Below, one piece after another: positions 8,422 through 8,523 of a DNA stretch of 8,523 nucleotides (position 1 is the first letter of the stretch; every line of letters starts with the position of its first letter). The stretch lies in the NCBI GenBank assembly GCA_000004985.1, contig GG739065.1. One strand, given 5' to 3'. Source of the DNA: Naegleria gruberi. Taxonomy: Eukaryota. The translations under genes were made by a program, and so were the position numbers. The notes below the pieces were generated by a model, which was given only the letters and a program-made list of their open reading frames with translations, was not told the origin of the DNA and made no database searches.

Positions 8422-8449
8422 TCAAAAAAATTGTCATACTATGGTCGCT

Positions 8450-8523
8450 AAGAAGCCTCAAGATATTGACTCCTCTTCATCTGATGAAGATCTCCCAGCA
8501 GTTGAAGTAGAATACCCCACAAC
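8450..8523 (+). CDS. Possible 5' end of a plus-strand host gene (MVAKKPQDIDSSSSDEDLPAVEVEYPT...), running off the window end
   Basis: ATG at 8450..8452 in context catactATGg (A at -3, G at +4). The frame is open for 24 codons to the window edge and encodes an acidic Ser-rich N-terminus. It is too short in this window to be sure, and it begins only about 25 bp from the end of the LINE ORF. Confidence 0.25.

Larger units (their letters stand above)
6240..8424 (-). mobile_element. Non-LTR (LINE-type) retrotransposon fragment in minus orientation. The RT and C-terminal cysteine-motif region are present. It is 5'-truncated with no endonuclease domain. Its 3' UTR and tail are presumably lost in the adjacent gap.
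   Basis: A single long RT ORF carries the LINE-specific motifs (see the CDS entry). The sense strand is A/C-rich and its codon usage is enriched in C-ending codons compared with the flanking host genes. The frame closes at a TGA at 8424..8422, and all three minus-strand frames are closed between 8425 and 8523. The left boundary is unknown because sequence stops at the gap. Confidence 0.8.

Noticed and set aside
1-8523. Prokaryotic-style novel defence island, CRISPR array or biosynthetic cluster
   Set aside because: There are no direct-repeat arrays, no operon-like gene packing and no Shine-Dalgarno contexts. Gene structure (intron, Kozak starts, A-rich leaders), the LINE element and overall composition are eukaryotic. 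The honest content is host genes plus a LINE fragment and a gap.

Overview
This window looks like eukaryotic nuclear DNA: AT-rich, with A-rich leaders and Kozak-like ATG contexts, a GTAAGT...TAG short intron, and no operon-like packing. It is dominated by a 4,409-nt run of N (1831..6239), i.e. an assembly gap. Left of the gap are two divergently oriented host genes. One is a minus-strand gene running off the window start (exon 2 at 1..452, a putative 62-nt intron at 453..514, and a 27-nt first exon with ATG at 541..539). The other is a plus-strand gene starting at ATG 1722 that disappears into the gap. They are separated by a ~1.2-kb intergenic/promoter region. Right of the gap, the minus strand carries a long, uninterrupted reverse-transcriptase ORF of a non-LTR (LINE-type) retrotransposon. 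The ORF track starts it at an internal ATG (8139), but the frame stays open to 8421, giving ~704 codons (6307..8421). It contains RT motifs 0-7, including FRPI, QRGFMKKGGTIDH, YADD and a GGLG thumb motif, plus a C-terminal CX2CX7HX4C cysteine motif. No endonuclease domain is present and all three upstream frames are closed, so the copy is 5'-truncated. Its 3' end runs into the gap, which the repeat probably caused. A short Kozak-context plus-strand ORF begins at 8450 and runs off the window end. I see no CRISPR array, no tRNA or rRNA, and nothing resembling a prokaryotic defence or biosynthetic system. The biology here is a young-looking LINE fragment next to a repeat-induced gap, between ordinary host genes. 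The organism cannot be named from the sequence alone; gene structure is fungal- or invertebrate-like.
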